Below, piece after piece: positions 28,407-39,369 of a DNA stretch of 64,000 nucleotides. How positions within the stretch are numbered: position 1 is the stretch's first letter; every line of letters starts with the position of its first letter. This stretch comes from Acetatifactor sp. (GTDB taxonomy: Bacteria; Bacillota; Clostridia; Lachnospirales; Lachnospiraceae): positions 684 through 64,683 of the forward strand of contig JAZQAT010000064.1 of the NCBI GenBank assembly GCA_045545375.1. The letters run 5' to 3'. The position numbers were made by a program, and so were the translations under genes. Under the pieces are notes generated by a model. It did not search any database. It had not been told where the DNA came from and worked only from the letters and a program-made list of their open reading frames with translations.

Positions 28407-30680
28407 TTATGCGTTCAACTTCCAGATATCCTGATTATATTGATCAATCGTACGGTCAGAAGAGAAGAAGCCTGCCTTTGCAATATTGGTAAGACTCATC
28501 CGCTTCCAGTTCTCACGATCCTCGAAATCAGCAAACATCTTATCTTTTACAGTGATATAATCTTCCAAATCAAGGAGCGTCATAAACCAGTCCTTGTTCA
28601 CCAGTTCATTATGCAGTCTTTGAAGATTCTCCGGGTGTCCGGCAGCCAGCGCCTGTTCTCCAATGATAAAATCCACTGCTTCTTTAATAACAGGACTATT
28701 GGCATAGTATTGTGCGGAAACATAATCTCCGTCTGCATAATGCTTAATAACAACATCCTTCTTTTGACCGAAAATATAAATGTTGTCATCTCCTACCAGT
28801 TCATGAATCTCCACATTGGCACCGTCAGAAGTTCCCAGAGTCACTGCACCATTCAACATGAATTTCATATTACCGGTTCCGCTGGCTTCCTTACTTGCCA
28901 AAGATATCTGCTCCGAAATATCACAGGCAGGAATCAGCTTCTCTGCGTATGTGACATTGTAGTTCTCTACCATCAATACTTTCATATAAGGAGATACATC
29001 AGGGTCATTATTGACAATCTCCTGCAGTACCAGCAACAGATGGATGATATCCTGTGCAATCACATACGCAGGTGCTGCCTTGGCTCCAAAAATAAAAGCA
29101 ATCGGTCTTGCAGGCATCTTGCCGTTTTTAATCTCCAGATATTTGTGGATAATATACAGTGCATTCATCTGCTGACGCTTATATTCGTGCATTCTCTTTA
29201 TCTGGATATCAAAAATAGCATGAGGATCCAGTTCTATCCTTTCATGTTCTGCAATATAAGCTACCAGTTCCTTCTTTTTCTTCCATTTGATAGCAGAAAT
29301 GGCATCCAGGACTGTCTTATCATCACGATAAGCAAGCAGCTTCTCCAGTTCACAGGCATCTTTCTTAAAACCATCCCCAATGGTGTTCGTCAGCAGCTCT
29401 GTCAATTCCCTGTTGCAGGAAAGCAGCCATCTGCGGAATGTGATACCATTCGTTTTATTATTAAATTTGTACGGATAAATCTTATAAAAATGATGAAGTT
29501 CCGTCTCCTTCAAAATATCAGTATGGATAGCAGCCACGCCATTTACAGAAAAACCATAATGGATATCGATGTGAGCCATGTGTACCCTCTTTTCCTCATC
29601 GATAATCTGTACCTTAGGATCCGGATACATCTTGCGGATACGCACATCCAGGGCTTTAATGATCGGAATCAGCTGAGGTACGGCAGCCTCCAGGTACTTT
29701 AAGGGCCACTTTTCCAATGCTTCTGAAAGGATGGTATGGTTCGTATAAGCACAAGTATTGCTTACCGCTTCAATGGCTTCTGCCATAGAAAAGCCTTCCT
29801 GTTCTGTCAAGATTCTGATCAGCTCCGGAATCACCATGGTGGGATGGGTATCGTTAATCTGTATCACTGCATGATCCGGCAATTTATGAAGATCATAACC
29901 TTTCTGCTTCATCTCAGTCAGAATCAACTGAGCTGCATTACTGACCATAAAATACTGTTGATAGATACGCAGCATATTACCTGCTTCATCAGAATCATCC
30001 GGATAAAGGAACAATGTCAGATTTTTCTCAATCGCTTCTTTATCAAAAGAAATGCCATCCTTTACCAGAGATTCGTCTACTGTTTCCAAATCAAACAGGT
30101 GCAGCTTATTCACACCATTCTCATATCCTACCACATCGATATCATACATGCGGCTTATCACTTTCCGATCGCCGAAAGCCACCTCATATGTCACATCTGT
30201 CTTAGTCAGCCAGGACTGCTTCTCTATCCAGTCATTCTTCTCAGCTTTCTGTAATTTATCGTCAAATACCTGCTTAAAAAGTCCAAAATGATAATTCAGA
30301 CCGACACCATCTCCCGGCAGGCCCAGCGTTGCGATGGAATCCAGAAAACAAGCAGCCAGTCTTCCCAGACCGCCATTTCCCAGTGAAGGTTCCGGTTCAG
30401 CCTCTTCCACAGCGCTTAAAGCTTTTCCCCTTGATGCCAGAAGCTTCTGCACTTCATCATAAACACCAAGGTTAAGCAGGTTGTTACTCAAAAGCTTACC
30501 GATCAAAAATTCAGCAGAAATGTAATATACCTTCTTTTCTCCTGTGATAGCTTTCTTATCAACAATCATTTCCTTACAGACATTCAGCAGTACATAATAT
30601 AATTCCCTGTCACTGCAATCTTCAATCTGTTTTTGATATAGCTGATTGGCCCAACCAGTGATTTTTGCTTCTACGTTCAT
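28407..30680 (-). CDS. glgP: Glycogen/maltodextrin phosphorylase
   Basis: [32 protein letters not shown] site [14 protein letters not shown]. Confidence 0.96.
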   Translation of the reverse strand: MNVEAKITGWANQLYQKQIEDCSDRELYYVLLNVCKEMIVDKKAITGEKKVYYISAEFLIGKLLSNNLLNLGVYDEVQKLLASRGKALSAVEEAEPEPSLGNGGLGRLAACFLDSIATLGLPGDGVGLNYHFGLFKQVFDDKLQKAEKNDWIEKQSWLTKTDVTYEVAFGDRKVISRMYDIDVVGYENGVNKLHLFDLETVDESLVKDGISFDKEAIEKNLTLFLYPDDSDEAGNMLRIYQQYFMVSNAAQLILTEMKQKGYDLHKLPDHAVIQINDTHPTMVIPELIRILTEQEGFSMAEAIEAVSNTCAYTNHTILSEALEKWPLKYLEAAVPQLIPIIKALDVRIRKMYPDPKVQIIDEEKRVHMAHIDIHYGFSVNGVAAIHTDILKETELHHFYKIYPYKFNNKTNGITFRRWLLSCNRELTELLTNTIGDGFKKDACELEKLLAYRDDKTVLDAISAIKWKKKKELVAYIAEHERIELDPHAIFDIQIKRMHEYKRQQMNALYIIHKYLEIKNGKMPARPIAFIFGAKAAPAYVIAQDIIHLLLVLQEIVNNDPDVSPYMKVLMVENYNVTYAEKLIPACDISEQISLASKEASGTGNMKFMLNGAVTLGTSDGANVEIHELVGDDNIYIFGQKKDVVIKHYADGDYVSAQYYANSPVIKEAVDFIIGEQALAAGHPENLQRLHNELVNKDWFMTLLDLEDYITVKDKMFADFEDRENWKRMSLTNIAKAGFFSSDRTIDQYNQDIWKLNA

Positions 30681-30719
30681 GTCTTCCTCCAGTTCCGACC
30701 TTTACGATCTTAAGATTTT

Positions 30720-30779
30720 TTTACAGTTCACATGTCAGCTATCGGCATGAAATGCGTAAGCTTGCATGTGAACTGTAAC
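30720..30779. repeat. Short copy of the GTTACAGTTCAC element
   Basis: ttacagttcacatg-tcagc...catgtgaactgtaac. Confidence 0.8.
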
Positions 30780-30856
30780 TATTTCCTACTAATTTATATC
30801 AATGCCCCGGAAAAAACACTTTATACTTCCGTGCAAATGATATCTGTCTCGTTTTT

Positions 30857-31846
30857 TTAGCAAATTATATCTTCATATTTCAATCTGACAAGGGTGTATG
30901 GCATGAGGACTTCTCGTCCCACTCCATCACGCATCAGATACTGCAATTCTTCCACTGCCCTGGCAGCAATCCCATAGAAATCCTGCCTTACGGTATTCAT
31001 CTGCTTTCCTGCATATCCCATCAAAGTGATTCCATCAAATCCACAGACCGGGCGGAAGATATCCATTTCTGTCAATGCTCTCATGGCACCAATAGCCATT
31101 AAGTCAGATGCACATACAATGACATCCCTGTCTTTTCCATAATCAAATGTCAGCTTTCTGGCTTGAAGTTCACTGAAATTGCCACATTTAACCATTAGCT
31201 GCAGGCTCAGTTCTTTCGCCAGTTCCTCCATTCCCTGCGCTCTCAGTTCAGCCACATATCCATTCTTCTTTCCTGTTAAATAAAGCACCCTGTGTCCATT
31301 ATTCTCCAAAATTGTCTTGCGTGCAACTTCCATCTGGGCCTGTTTCTGATTCACCCATACACAAGAGGTGCTTTCATTTATCAGAGGGGCATCCACCATG
31401 ACCGTCTTGAAAATCTGCTTTTCTACAAGAGCATTCAATGCTTTGCACTCTCTATTAGTTCCGCAGATAATCAGACCCGTAATATTCTGGGACTTCAGAT
31501 ATACTGTCAACTCTTCCGGGCTCATTTCCTCTATCATGGAAAAGAAGATAGTAATGATATCCAGTTTTCTTTCTTTTGCCTCGTGGATAGCGCCTGCAAT
31601 ATACTGCAAACTAATTTCATCGATTGCCTGAGTCCTATTGTTGAGATGAATCAATAGCGCTGCTCTTCCCGCCTGCTTAGATGATAATGCAGCTGCTACC
31701 GTATTGGGTACAAATTGCAACTGTTCTACAGCTGTGGCTACTTTTATTCTGGTCTCTTCACTGATGTTCGGATAATGATTCAATACCTTTGAGACAGTGG
31801 AAACTGCTACACCTGCGTGTTTTGCTACATCTTTAATTGATACCAT
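30857..31846 (-). CDS. LacI-family regulator
   Basis: MVSIKDVAKHAGVAVSTVSKVLN HTH; SDLMAIG, GFDG. Confidence 0.93.
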   Translation of the reverse strand: MVSIKDVAKHAGVAVSTVSKVLNHYPNISEETRIKVATAVEQLQFVPNTVAAALSSKQAGRAALLIHLNNRTQAIDEISLQYIAGAIHEAKERKLDIITIFFSMIEEMSPEELTVYLKSQNITGLIICGTNRECKALNALVEKQIFKTVMVDAPLINESTSCVWVNQKQAQMEVARKTILENNGHRVLYLTGKKNGYVAELRAQGMEELAKELSLQLMVKCGNFSELQARKLTFDYGKDRDVIVCASDLMAIGAMRALTEMDIFRPVCGFDGITLMGYAGKQMNTVRQDFYGIAARAVEELQYLMRDGVGREVLMPYTLVRLKYEDIIC

Positions 31847-31885
31847 TTCTTTACCCCTTTTGAGATTCCCCTGTGTTTATAAATT

Positions 31886-31916
31886 AAGAAAACGTTTTCT
31901 TTAGAAATCGTTTTCC
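31886..31916. promoter_or_regulatory. Tandem LacI-type operators
   Basis: Perfect palindrome aagaaaacgttttctt, then agaaatcgttttcc, upstream of the LacI gene. Confidence 0.75.
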
Positions 31917-32018
31917 TAATAATATACTAAGTTTTTATTTTTGTCAACTTTTTTCTTCCACCAGCCCACAACCGGTTACTATTCAGCCATCAAGGCCAAT
32001 TAAGCTACTAACTAATAA

Positions 32019-32053
32019 AAGCCGCATGCTTCCATTGAGGTAAACATGCGGCT
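32019..32053 (-). terminator. Intrinsic terminator
   Basis: agccgcatg...catgcggct with T run on the minus strand. Confidence 0.65.
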
Positions 32054-32096
32054 CTCTTATCTTAATGTATGATAAATATACAGTTATGGTTTCAAT

Positions 32097-32444
32097 TTAC
32101 AGTGCATTCAGAATATTCCTATTCTCAGTACTTTGTCCCCAGGCATCTAAAGCCAGCTGATAAGTATCTTCAACACGATCCGATACCCGTTTTAACTCTT
32201 TGCTGAGCTTCAATTGACCTGCTTTCAATGCATTGGTACCGGATTCTAGCTTATCAAGACGACTGTCTATTACCTTCAAATGGTCTTCCATTCCCTGCAT
32301 ACGGTCTTCCATTCCCTGCATACGGTCTTCCATACTCTGCATGCGTTCCCCCATGCTCTGTATCTGGCCTTCCACGCCTTGCATACGAACATTCATACCC
32401 TGCATCTGTTCAATCAGATAATCCAGCTTCTGACTATCAGTCAT
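32097..32444 (-). CDS. Hypothetical heptad-repeat coiled-coil protein
   Basis: MQGMEDR-type heptads on a 21-nt DNA repeat; GGAGG RBS. Confidence 0.7.
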   Translation of the reverse strand: MTDSQKLDYLIEQMQGMNVRMQGVEGQIQSMGERMQSMEDRMQGMEDRMQGMEDHLKVIDSRLDKLESGTNALKAGQLKLSKELKRVSDRVEDTYQLALDAWGQSTENRNILNAL

Positions 32445-32578
32445 ACATTTCCTCCTCCCGTGTTAATGAATTTCACAAATCTTTTTGGTTGGCATCATTA
32501 TCATAACACAGAATTTTTCATTTGTCATTATAGTTATAGTATAATTTCAAACAAATAACTGCGAAAAATTATTACACC

Positions 32579-34480
32579 TTACTCAGCCACCACAGCCCCG
32601 GTATACAGCTGATAATATTTACCTTTCTGCTCAATCAGATCGTCATGGGTACCTCTCTCAATAATACGTCCCTGCTCCAGTACCATAATACAGTCACTGT
32701 TGCGTACCGTAGAAAGGCGATGAGCAATGACAAACGTAGTACGCCCTTTCATCAGCTTATCCATACCATCCTGAACAATCCTCTCCGTACGGGTATCGAT
32801 AGAGGAAGTTGCCTCATCCAGAATCAACACAGGCGGATCTGCAACGGCGGCTCTTGCAATGGCAAGCAGCTGACGCTGTCCTTGGCTTAAATTACTGCCG
32901 TCCCCGGTAAGCACTGTCTGATAGCCCTGAGGCAGACGATTGATAAAGCTGTCTGCATTGGCAAGCTTTGCCGCTGCATAGATTTCTTCATCCGTTGCAT
33001 CCAGTTTACCATAACGGATGTTCTCCATAACAGTTCCGGTAAACAGGTGTGTATCCTGCAAAACAATGCCCAAGGAGCGTCTCAAATCAGCTTTTTTAAT
33101 CTTATTAATGTTGATGCCGTCGTAACGGATCTTACCATCCCGGATATCATAGAAACGATTGATCAGGTTGGTAATGGTAGTTTTTCCTGCACCGGTGGAA
33201 CCTACGAATGCAATCTTCTGACCCGGAGTCGCATACAATTTTACATCATGCAGAACGATTTTCTCAGGAATATATCCAAAGTCCACACCATCAAATACCA
33301 CATCTCCGGTCAGTTCCTGATAAGTAACATTCCCCTCTGCTTTATGAGGATGCTTCCATGCCCAGGTACCTGTTCTGTAAGGTACCTCCACCAGTTTATC
33401 GCCCTCTTTTTCGGCACAAACAAGCGTTACATATCCCTCATCCACCTCAGGCTTTTCATCCAGCAATCTGAAGATTCGCTCTGCTCCGGCCAGTGCCATG
33501 ATGATACTGTTGAACTGCATGGATATCTGGTTGATAGGCATATTAAAGCTCTTGTTAAAAGTCAGGAAGCTGGCCAGCTTGCCGACTGTCAGTCCGGTCC
33601 AGCCATTCAAGGCAAGGATACCGCCTATCATTGCGCAAAGAACATAACTCATATTACCTAACTGAGCATTGATAGGTCCCATAACATTGGCGTAACGGTT
33701 GGCTCTGTTGGCATTCTCAAAGAGCTCATCATTTCTCTTTTTAAACTCCTCAATCGTTGCTTCCTCGTGGCAGAATACTTTTACCACTTTCTGGCCGTTC
33801 ATCATTTCTTCGATGTAGCCGTTTACATTTCCCAGTGCTCTCTGCTGCCCAACAAAGTTGCTTCCCGACAATCCTGCCACCTTTTTGGTTGCAGCCAGCA
33901 TAACGGCCACCATGACCAATGTCACTACTGTAAGCGGAACGCTCAGCATAATCATACTGATCAGTACACTGACTATAGTAATCGCACTGTTAATCAGCTG
34001 GGGAATAGACTGGCTGATCATCTGCCTCAAAGTATCGGTATCATTGGTGTAGATGGACATGATGTCTCCATGGGGATGTCTGTCAAAATAACTGATTGGC
34101 AGGCTCTCCATATGCACGAACAGTGCATCCCTGAAGTTGCGCAGCATACCCTGGGTGATGACAACCATGATTCTTGACTGTGTATAAGCAGCTGCCACAC
34201 CTACTGCATAAAAACATGCTACTCTCGCAATCGCTCGCAGCAGCCCTGAAAAATCAGGATTCTGCTGCCCAATCAACGGAGTGATGTAATCATCTATCAG
34301 GGTCTGCATGAACATAGTCCCCTGAACGCCGGCCAGTACGGAGACCACGATACAGATAAGTACAATGATTGCATGCAATGTATAATCTTTCAAAACAAAT
34401 TTCATAAGTCTAACAAAAAGACCTCCCGGATTTTCCAGCCTCGGTTTCGGTCCTTTCATGGTTGGTTGACCTGGTGCCAT
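32579..34480 (-). CDS. ABC exporter half-transporter (TMD+NBD, consensus site)
   Basis: GSTGAGKT, LSQGQRQ, LILDEAT, IAHRL; start MAPG at 34480. Confidence 0.93.
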   Translation of the reverse strand: MAPGQPTMKGPKPRLENPGGLFVRLMKFVLKDYTLHAIIVLICIVVSVLAGVQGTMFMQTLIDDYITPLIGQQNPDFSGLLRAIARVACFYAVGVAAAYTQSRIMVVITQGMLRNFRDALFVHMESLPISYFDRHPHGDIMSIYTNDTDTLRQMISQSIPQLINSAITIVSVLISMIMLSVPLTVVTLVMVAVMLAATKKVAGLSGSNFVGQQRALGNVNGYIEEMMNGQKVVKVFCHEEATIEEFKKRNDELFENANRANRYANVMGPINAQLGNMSYVLCAMIGGILALNGWTGLTVGKLASFLTFNKSFNMPINQISMQFNSIIMALAGAERIFRLLDEKPEVDEGYVTLVCAEKEGDKLVEVPYRTGTWAWKHPHKAEGNVTYQELTGDVVFDGVDFGYIPEKIVLHDVKLYATPGQKIAFVGSTGAGKTTITNLINRFYDIRDGKIRYDGININKIKKADLRRSLGIVLQDTHLFTGTVMENIRYGKLDATDEEIYAAAKLANADSFINRLPQGYQTVLTGDGSNLSQGQRQLLAIARAAVADPPVLILDEATSSIDTRTERIVQDGMDKLMKGRTTFVIAHRLSTVRNSDCIMVLEQGRIIERGTHDDLIEQKGKYYQLYTGAVVAE

Positions 34481-34481
34481 T

Positions 34482-36230
34482 TTACATCTCTCCTTTCTCA
34501 TCAAAGTCACCGCCGCCGGCAGTTTGCTGCTCGTATACATCTTTATAAATTTCGTTTTCAGCAAGCAATTTCTCCGGCGTGTCAAATGCATTCACCTTAC
34601 CGTCATTCATGACGATAACCCTGTCTGCGTGCTCTATACTGGAGATACGCTGAGCAATAATGATCTTGGTAGTACCGGGGATTTCCTCCGCAAATGCCTT
34701 ACGAATCCTGGCATCTGTAGCGGTATCCACCGCACTGGTACTATCATCCAGGATGAGAATCTTAGGCTTTTTCAAGAGTGCCCTTGCAATACAAAGTCTC
34801 TGCTTCTGTCCACCCGACACGTTGGCACCGCCCTGCTCAATAAAGGTGTGATAGCCCTCCGGCATCTTCTCGATAAATTCATCTGCACAGGCCAGTCTGC
34901 ATGCCCGGATACATTCTTCCTCTGTTGCATTCCCGTCTCCCCAACTGAGGTTCTCGAGAATGGTTCCGGAGAACAATACATTTTTCTGCAATACAACTGA
35001 AACTTCATTACGAAGCGTCTCAATATCATAATCTCTGACGTCTCTGCCGCCTACTGTGACGCTGCCTTCCGATACATCATAAAGTCGGCTGATCAGGTTT
35101 ACAAGACTGGTCTTGGCACTTCCTGTTCCGCCCAGGATACCAATGGTCTCTCCTGTTTTGATTTCCAGATTAATATCTGAAAGTACAGGCTCCTTACTTT
35201 CCTTATTATATCGGAAAGAAACATGTTCGAAACGGATGCTTCCGTCTTCCACCTCATAAAGCGGATTTTCAGGGTTAGCAAGGTCGCTCTTTTCATTGAG
35301 CACCTCGCAGATACGTTCTGCACTGGCCATACTCATAGTGACCATTACAAATATCATTGACAGCATCATCAGACTCATCAAAATATTCATACAATAAGTC
35401 AGGAGACTCATCAAATCGCCTGTGGACATATCCCCCACAACGATCATCCCGGCACCTATGTAGCTGATCAGCAGAATACAGCTGTAAACGGTAAGCTGCA
35501 TCAGCGGATTATTCAGTGCCAGAACATTCTCAGCCCTGGTGAAAAGCTTTCTCAGCGTATCACTGGCTGCTTTAAACTTCTCAACTTCATAGTCTTCTCT
35601 TACGTAAGCCTTCACCACACGGATTGCAGATACATTTTCCTGCACGCTGGCGTTCAGCGCATCGTATTTCTTAAAGATACTGTTAAATGTCTTCATTGTC
35701 CTGGAAGAGATCAGGAAGAGGCAGGCTCCCAGCACCAGAACAGCTACAAGGTAGATGCTTGCCACCTTAGGGCTGATGAAAAAAGCCATGCACATTGCGC
35801 ATATCAAGGTAAAAGGTGCCCTGATACACATTCTCAAAATCATCTGATACGCATTCTGCATATTGGTCACATCTGTTGTCAGACGTGTTACCAGACCTGC
35901 GGTACTGAATTTATCAATGTTGGAAAAAGAGAAGTTCTGAATATTGATAAACATAGCCTCTCTTAAATTTCTGGCAAAACCGGTAGAAGCCTTTGCGCCG
36001 AAATAGCCTCCCGCAAAGCCTGCCGACAAAGACACGATAGCTGCCAACACCATACATCCTCCCATTATGTAAATATGGGGCATATTTCCTGCTACAATAC
36101 CATCGTCTACAATTGATGCCATCATCAGCGGAATAATCATCTCCATGATTACCTCCAGCATCATACAACATGGGGTAATAATGCTGGGAAGCTTAAATTC
36201 TTTTATCTGCGCTCCAAGCGTCTTAAGCAT
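34482..36230 (-). CDS. ABC exporter half-transporter (degenerate site), partner of adjacent gene
   Basis: GGTGSAKT, VSGGQKQR, LILDDST, IAQRI. Confidence 0.93.
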   Translation of the reverse strand: MLKTLGAQIKEFKLPSIITPCCMMLEVIMEMIIPLMMASIVDDGIVAGNMPHIYIMGGCMVLAAIVSLSAGFAGGYFGAKASTGFARNLREAMFINIQNFSFSNIDKFSTAGLVTRLTTDVTNMQNAYQMILRMCIRAPFTLICAMCMAFFISPKVASIYLVAVLVLGACLFLISSRTMKTFNSIFKKYDALNASVQENVSAIRVVKAYVREDYEVEKFKAASDTLRKLFTRAENVLALNNPLMQLTVYSCILLISYIGAGMIVVGDMSTGDLMSLLTYCMNILMSLMMLSMIFVMVTMSMASAERICEVLNEKSDLANPENPLYEVEDGSIRFEHVSFRYNKESKEPVLSDINLEIKTGETIGILGGTGSAKTSLVNLISRLYDVSEGSVTVGGRDVRDYDIETLRNEVSVVLQKNVLFSGTILENLSWGDGNATEEECIRACRLACADEFIEKMPEGYHTFIEQGGANVSGGQKQRLCIARALLKKPKILILDDSTSAVDTATDARIRKAFAEEIPGTTKIIIAQRISSIEHADRVIVMNDGKVNAFDTPEKLLAENEIYKDVYEQQTAGGGDFDEKGEM

Positions 36231-36405
36231 AATCAATTCTCCCTTCTGACATTTCGTAATTCTTCTTCCAGATTACGATAAATACGAATGTCATGTTTTG
36301 TCAATACGGATTTCCTGTGCATTTTTCTGTTTAAAAAACAGCAGCGTTTTTGCAACCACTGCTGTTCTGATAATACATTTATTCTCTTTTTAATTCCATG
36401 ATATC

Positions 36406-37092
36406 CTACTTTGCAGCCGGATACTCATTGCACAACAGGCGATAAGGCGCTTCATCCTCTTCAATCTCCGGGAATCTTCCCACAGGAGGATTAAATCTGT
36501 TATCTGTATTGTCATCGTTACACTGGCTTACTTCTCCTAACAGAACAGGACCGGTTCCCTCTTCTACAGAAAAGTCATGATACAAAAACTGCTGTACATG
36601 AATACTTTCACCGGGAGTGAGACGAATCCGGGTTCCTGCCGGTACAGTGTAGGTACGGCCATCGGTATGTACAGTAACGGGAGATTCGTAATCAATCTCT
36701 TCATTCGGCAGAGAATTATATACTTTAATCAGCACATTTCCGCCGCCGCGGTTGATGATATCTTCTGTCTTATACCAGTGAAAATGATTGGGAGCATACT
36801 GGCCCTCTTTCAGATACAGCAGCTTCTCAGCATATACCTTGGGATATTTATCTGCCATAGCACGGTTACCGTTACGAATGGTAATCAGTGAGAAACCGAA
36901 CTTATCAAAATCCCCCATTCCATAATCAGTGATATCCCAGCCCAGCATGCAGTCACGTACTTCATCGTACTCATGACCGATTTCCTGCCACTGCTGGGGT
37001 GTAAAGTGACAAAAAGGCGGCAGGTAACAATGATATTTCACACACATAGCTTCCAGTTCTTTCAATGCTTTGTTGATTTCTGAACGTTTCAT
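36406..37092 (-). CDS. D-lyxose/D-mannose family cupin sugar isomerase
   Basis: LGWDITDYG, YAEKLL, PNHFHWYKTEDIINRGGG, GEVSQCNDD. Confidence 0.9.
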   Translation of the reverse strand: MKRSEINKALKELEAMCVKYHCYLPPFCHFTPQQWQEIGHEYDEVRDCMLGWDITDYGMGDFDKFGFSLITIRNGNRAMADKYPKVYAEKLLYLKEGQYAPNHFHWYKTEDIINRGGGNVLIKVYNSLPNEEIDYESPVTVHTDGRTYTVPAGTRIRLTPGESIHVQQFLYHDFSVEEGTGPVLLGEVSQCNDDNTDNRFNPPVGRFPEIEEDEAPYRLLCNEYPAAK

Positions 37093-37290
37093 ACGTTTTC
37101 CTTCCTTTCAATAGACCTGAATCATTGGATTTTGCAAGACACACATCAACGTATCTTACACATTTAACGTTATTATAAATCCAATACGCTGCACATACCA
37201 CTCTTGACATGATATTTTTAGTGTGTTATTGTGACATCAGATGGCACCCTGAACTTAACTTCGGCTGCCGCCATATCAGGAGGGAAAGCT

Positions 37291-38130
37291 ATGGCACCTG
37301 AACTTTATGATGCAAAAGAATATGTGGAAGCCCAGTCCGGCTGTTTATGCCACTATGTGCGCAGTGACACGGAATTTTTCCAGCTGCACTACCACAACTA
37401 TTATGAACTATTCCTGGTAGTCAAGGGAGATGTTCGTCATGTAGTCAACAGCAAAGAGCAATTGCTTTCAGAAGGGCAGCTTTTGTTTATTCGTGACTTC
37501 GATGCCCATGAATACGTCAGCAGGAACGGTGAGTATTTTGAATTCATCAATTTTGCTTTTTCCAAAGAGACGCTGTATGCCATGATTGATTTTCTGGGGA
37601 AAGGCTTTCCTTTTGAAACGCTTATGACGGCAGAATATCCTCCTGTGGTAAGCCTGCCTCCCGATGAAAAGGAACAGCTGGCTTATTCCTTGATCGAGCT
37701 GTATCAGGATGTGGACAAGGATGTGATCAAACTGAAAGCCCGCACGCTGCTCGTTCATGTTTTTACACGATTCTTCCATAATTATAGGGAACAGAACAGA
37801 GAGATTCCCTCCTGGCTTGCTGTCACCTATGAGAAAATGAAAAGCCCTCAGAATTTTACCGCCGGAGCAAAGCGGATGTACAAGATTTCCGGAAAGAGCC
37901 GGGAACATCTGACACGCTGCATGAAGCAGTATTATCATACTACACCTACAGTCTATGTATCTGAGCTGCGCCTTTCACATGCAGCCAATCTGCTGCTTGT
38001 CAGCAACTTGAATGTAACTGACATCTGCTACGAATGCGGATTTGAGAATCTCTCCTGGTTTTATAAGGTATTTTCTGCAAAATATGGTGTCACACCCACA
38101 GAATACCGCAAAAGATATAAGGACAGGTAA
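37291..38130 (+). CDS. AraC-family regulator (ChbR/CelD-like)
   Basis: Cupin LHYHNYYE; C-terminal CGFENLSWFYKVF..KYGVTP. Confidence 0.9.
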   Translation: MAPELYDAKEYVEAQSGCLCHYVRSDTEFFQLHYHNYYELFLVVKGDVRHVVNSKEQLLSEGQLLFIRDFDAHEYVSRNGEYFEFINFAFSKETLYAMIDFLGKGFPFETLMTAEYPPVVSLPPDEKEQLAYSLIELYQDVDKDVIKLKARTLLVHVFTRFFHNYREQNREIPSWLAVTYEKMKSPQNFTAGAKRMYKISGKSREHLTRCMKQYYHTTPTVYVSELRLSHAANLLLVSNLNVTDICYECGFENLSWFYKVFSAKYGVTPTEYRKRYKDR

Positions 38131-38149
38131 ATGTCACCTGTCCTCTTTT

Positions 38150-39139
38150 TTAAGCCATCTCTTTTTCTCCGGTAAAGAAGATGCCTGCTGCCTTTCTTGT
38201 TTTCTCCAGCGTCTCAATCACATTCAGCATTACATCAAGGCGGCGATGACATTCTTTAAAATCTTTTTCCTTTATCATCCTTGCAATTCCCTGTATTTCG
38301 TAGTACATGCGTGTCTCTTCAGGCTGAAGATTCATTGTCTCCTCACCCCCACGGGTAACCACCTTAACTTCTGTCATACCATTGCTCCCGTCCTTTACAT
38401 AAATGTAGCCCTTTTCCCCTTCTATCTGGACGAAATTGATGCCCCAGGTATCCTTTGCTCCCACGTTGCTGCTGATAAAACCGTCATACTGAAGCACAAG
38501 CACACCGGAAGTATCCACCTGCCCGGGATACATATTGGGATAATATGCAGTGGACTGAGGCTTGCCAAACATAGCTACATTAAAATAGAGATTGTAAAAA
38601 CCTATGTCCTGCAGACAGCCACCTGCAAAATCTTTGCTGAACACGTTGGTAATCTTTCCTTCCAACAGTGTATCATAACGACTGGAATACTGACTGTAAT
38701 TGCTCATGACAAGCTTAAGAACACCGATTTGGGGCAAAGCTTGCTTTACTGCATCAAAATTGGGCAGGAAAGAAGGCGGTACCGCATCGAACAGGAACAG
38801 CCCCTTATCTTTTGCAAGCGAAACCAGCTCTTTAGCCTTTTTTAAGGTGGTGGTAAAAGGTTTCTCGCAAATTACATTTTTACCGTGCTCTAAAGCCATT
38901 TTGGTCTGCTCATAGTGAAGGCTGTTGGGCGATGCTACATAGACACAATCGACCTGCTCGTCACTCATCATTTCTTCCAGATGAGTGTAGACCTTCTCCA
39001 CTCTATACCGGGTGGCCAGTACTTCCCCTTTCTCCTGACTTCTGGAGTATACCGCTTCACAGCTAACCCCGTCGGTTTTGGTTACTGCGTCTAAAAACTT
39101 GCACACAATTTCTCCGGAACCGATTGTTCCTATTTTCAT
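38150..39139 (-). CDS. Gfo/Idh/MocA family oxidoreductase
   Basis: IGTIGSG, YVASPNSLH, VICEKPF, GGCLQDIG. Confidence 0.92.
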   Translation of the reverse strand: MKIGTIGSGEIVCKFLDAVTKTDGVSCEAVYSRSQEKGEVLATRYRVEKVYTHLEEMMSDEQVDCVYVASPNSLHYEQTKMALEHGKNVICEKPFTTTLKKAKELVSLAKDKGLFLFDAVPPSFLPNFDAVKQALPQIGVLKLVMSNYSQYSSRYDTLLEGKITNVFSKDFAGGCLQDIGFYNLYFNVAMFGKPQSTAYYPNMYPGQVDTSGVLVLQYDGFISSNVGAKDTWGINFVQIEGEKGYIYVKDGSNGMTEVKVVTRGGEETMNLQPEETRMYYEIQGIARMIKEKDFKECHRRLDVMLNVIETLEKTRKAAGIFFTGEKEMA

Positions 39140-39369
39140 GGCTTTTCTCCTCGCTTTCGTGCTAACGCCTCCGGCAAGACAGATACTGTCATTTATTCGG
39201 ATGCGCTTTTTACTATTTTAACTTCTGCAGTCTGCTAGTGCAATAGATTTTTGCCACAACATCATATTATTATTTCATAGTTAAAATATATATGGTATAA
39301 TAAATTACGCTAATGCAGACCTATGAACACTTTACAATAAATATCATATCAGAAATGAGGGTTAGGAAA

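Noticed and set aside
28368-29702. 444-aa plus-strand ORF
   Set aside because: Antisense shadow of the phosphorylase with no recognisable motifs; the same applies to the shadows over rho, clpB, lon and the ABC genes
13020-30779. GTT...AAC-bounded repeats as a CRISPR array
   Set aside because: Copies are kilobases apart, are inverted-repeat pairs without spacers, and no cas genes are present
32280-32400. 21-nt tandem repeat as a CRISPR or non-coding repeat
   Set aside because: In-frame coding heptads with no spacers
34482-36230. Degenerate Walker B and H-loop as a sign of pseudogene or novelty
   Set aside because: Normal for heterodimeric exporters of the TM287/288 type; the partner has the consensus site
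36247-36293. Imperfect inverted repeat upstream of the ABC exporter
   Set aside because: Could be an operator, but the arms are imperfect and no cognate regulator can be assigned
39150-39210. Small hairpins upstream of the Gfo/Idh/MocA gene as a riboswitch
   Set aside because: Short stems only, no recognisable aptamer motif
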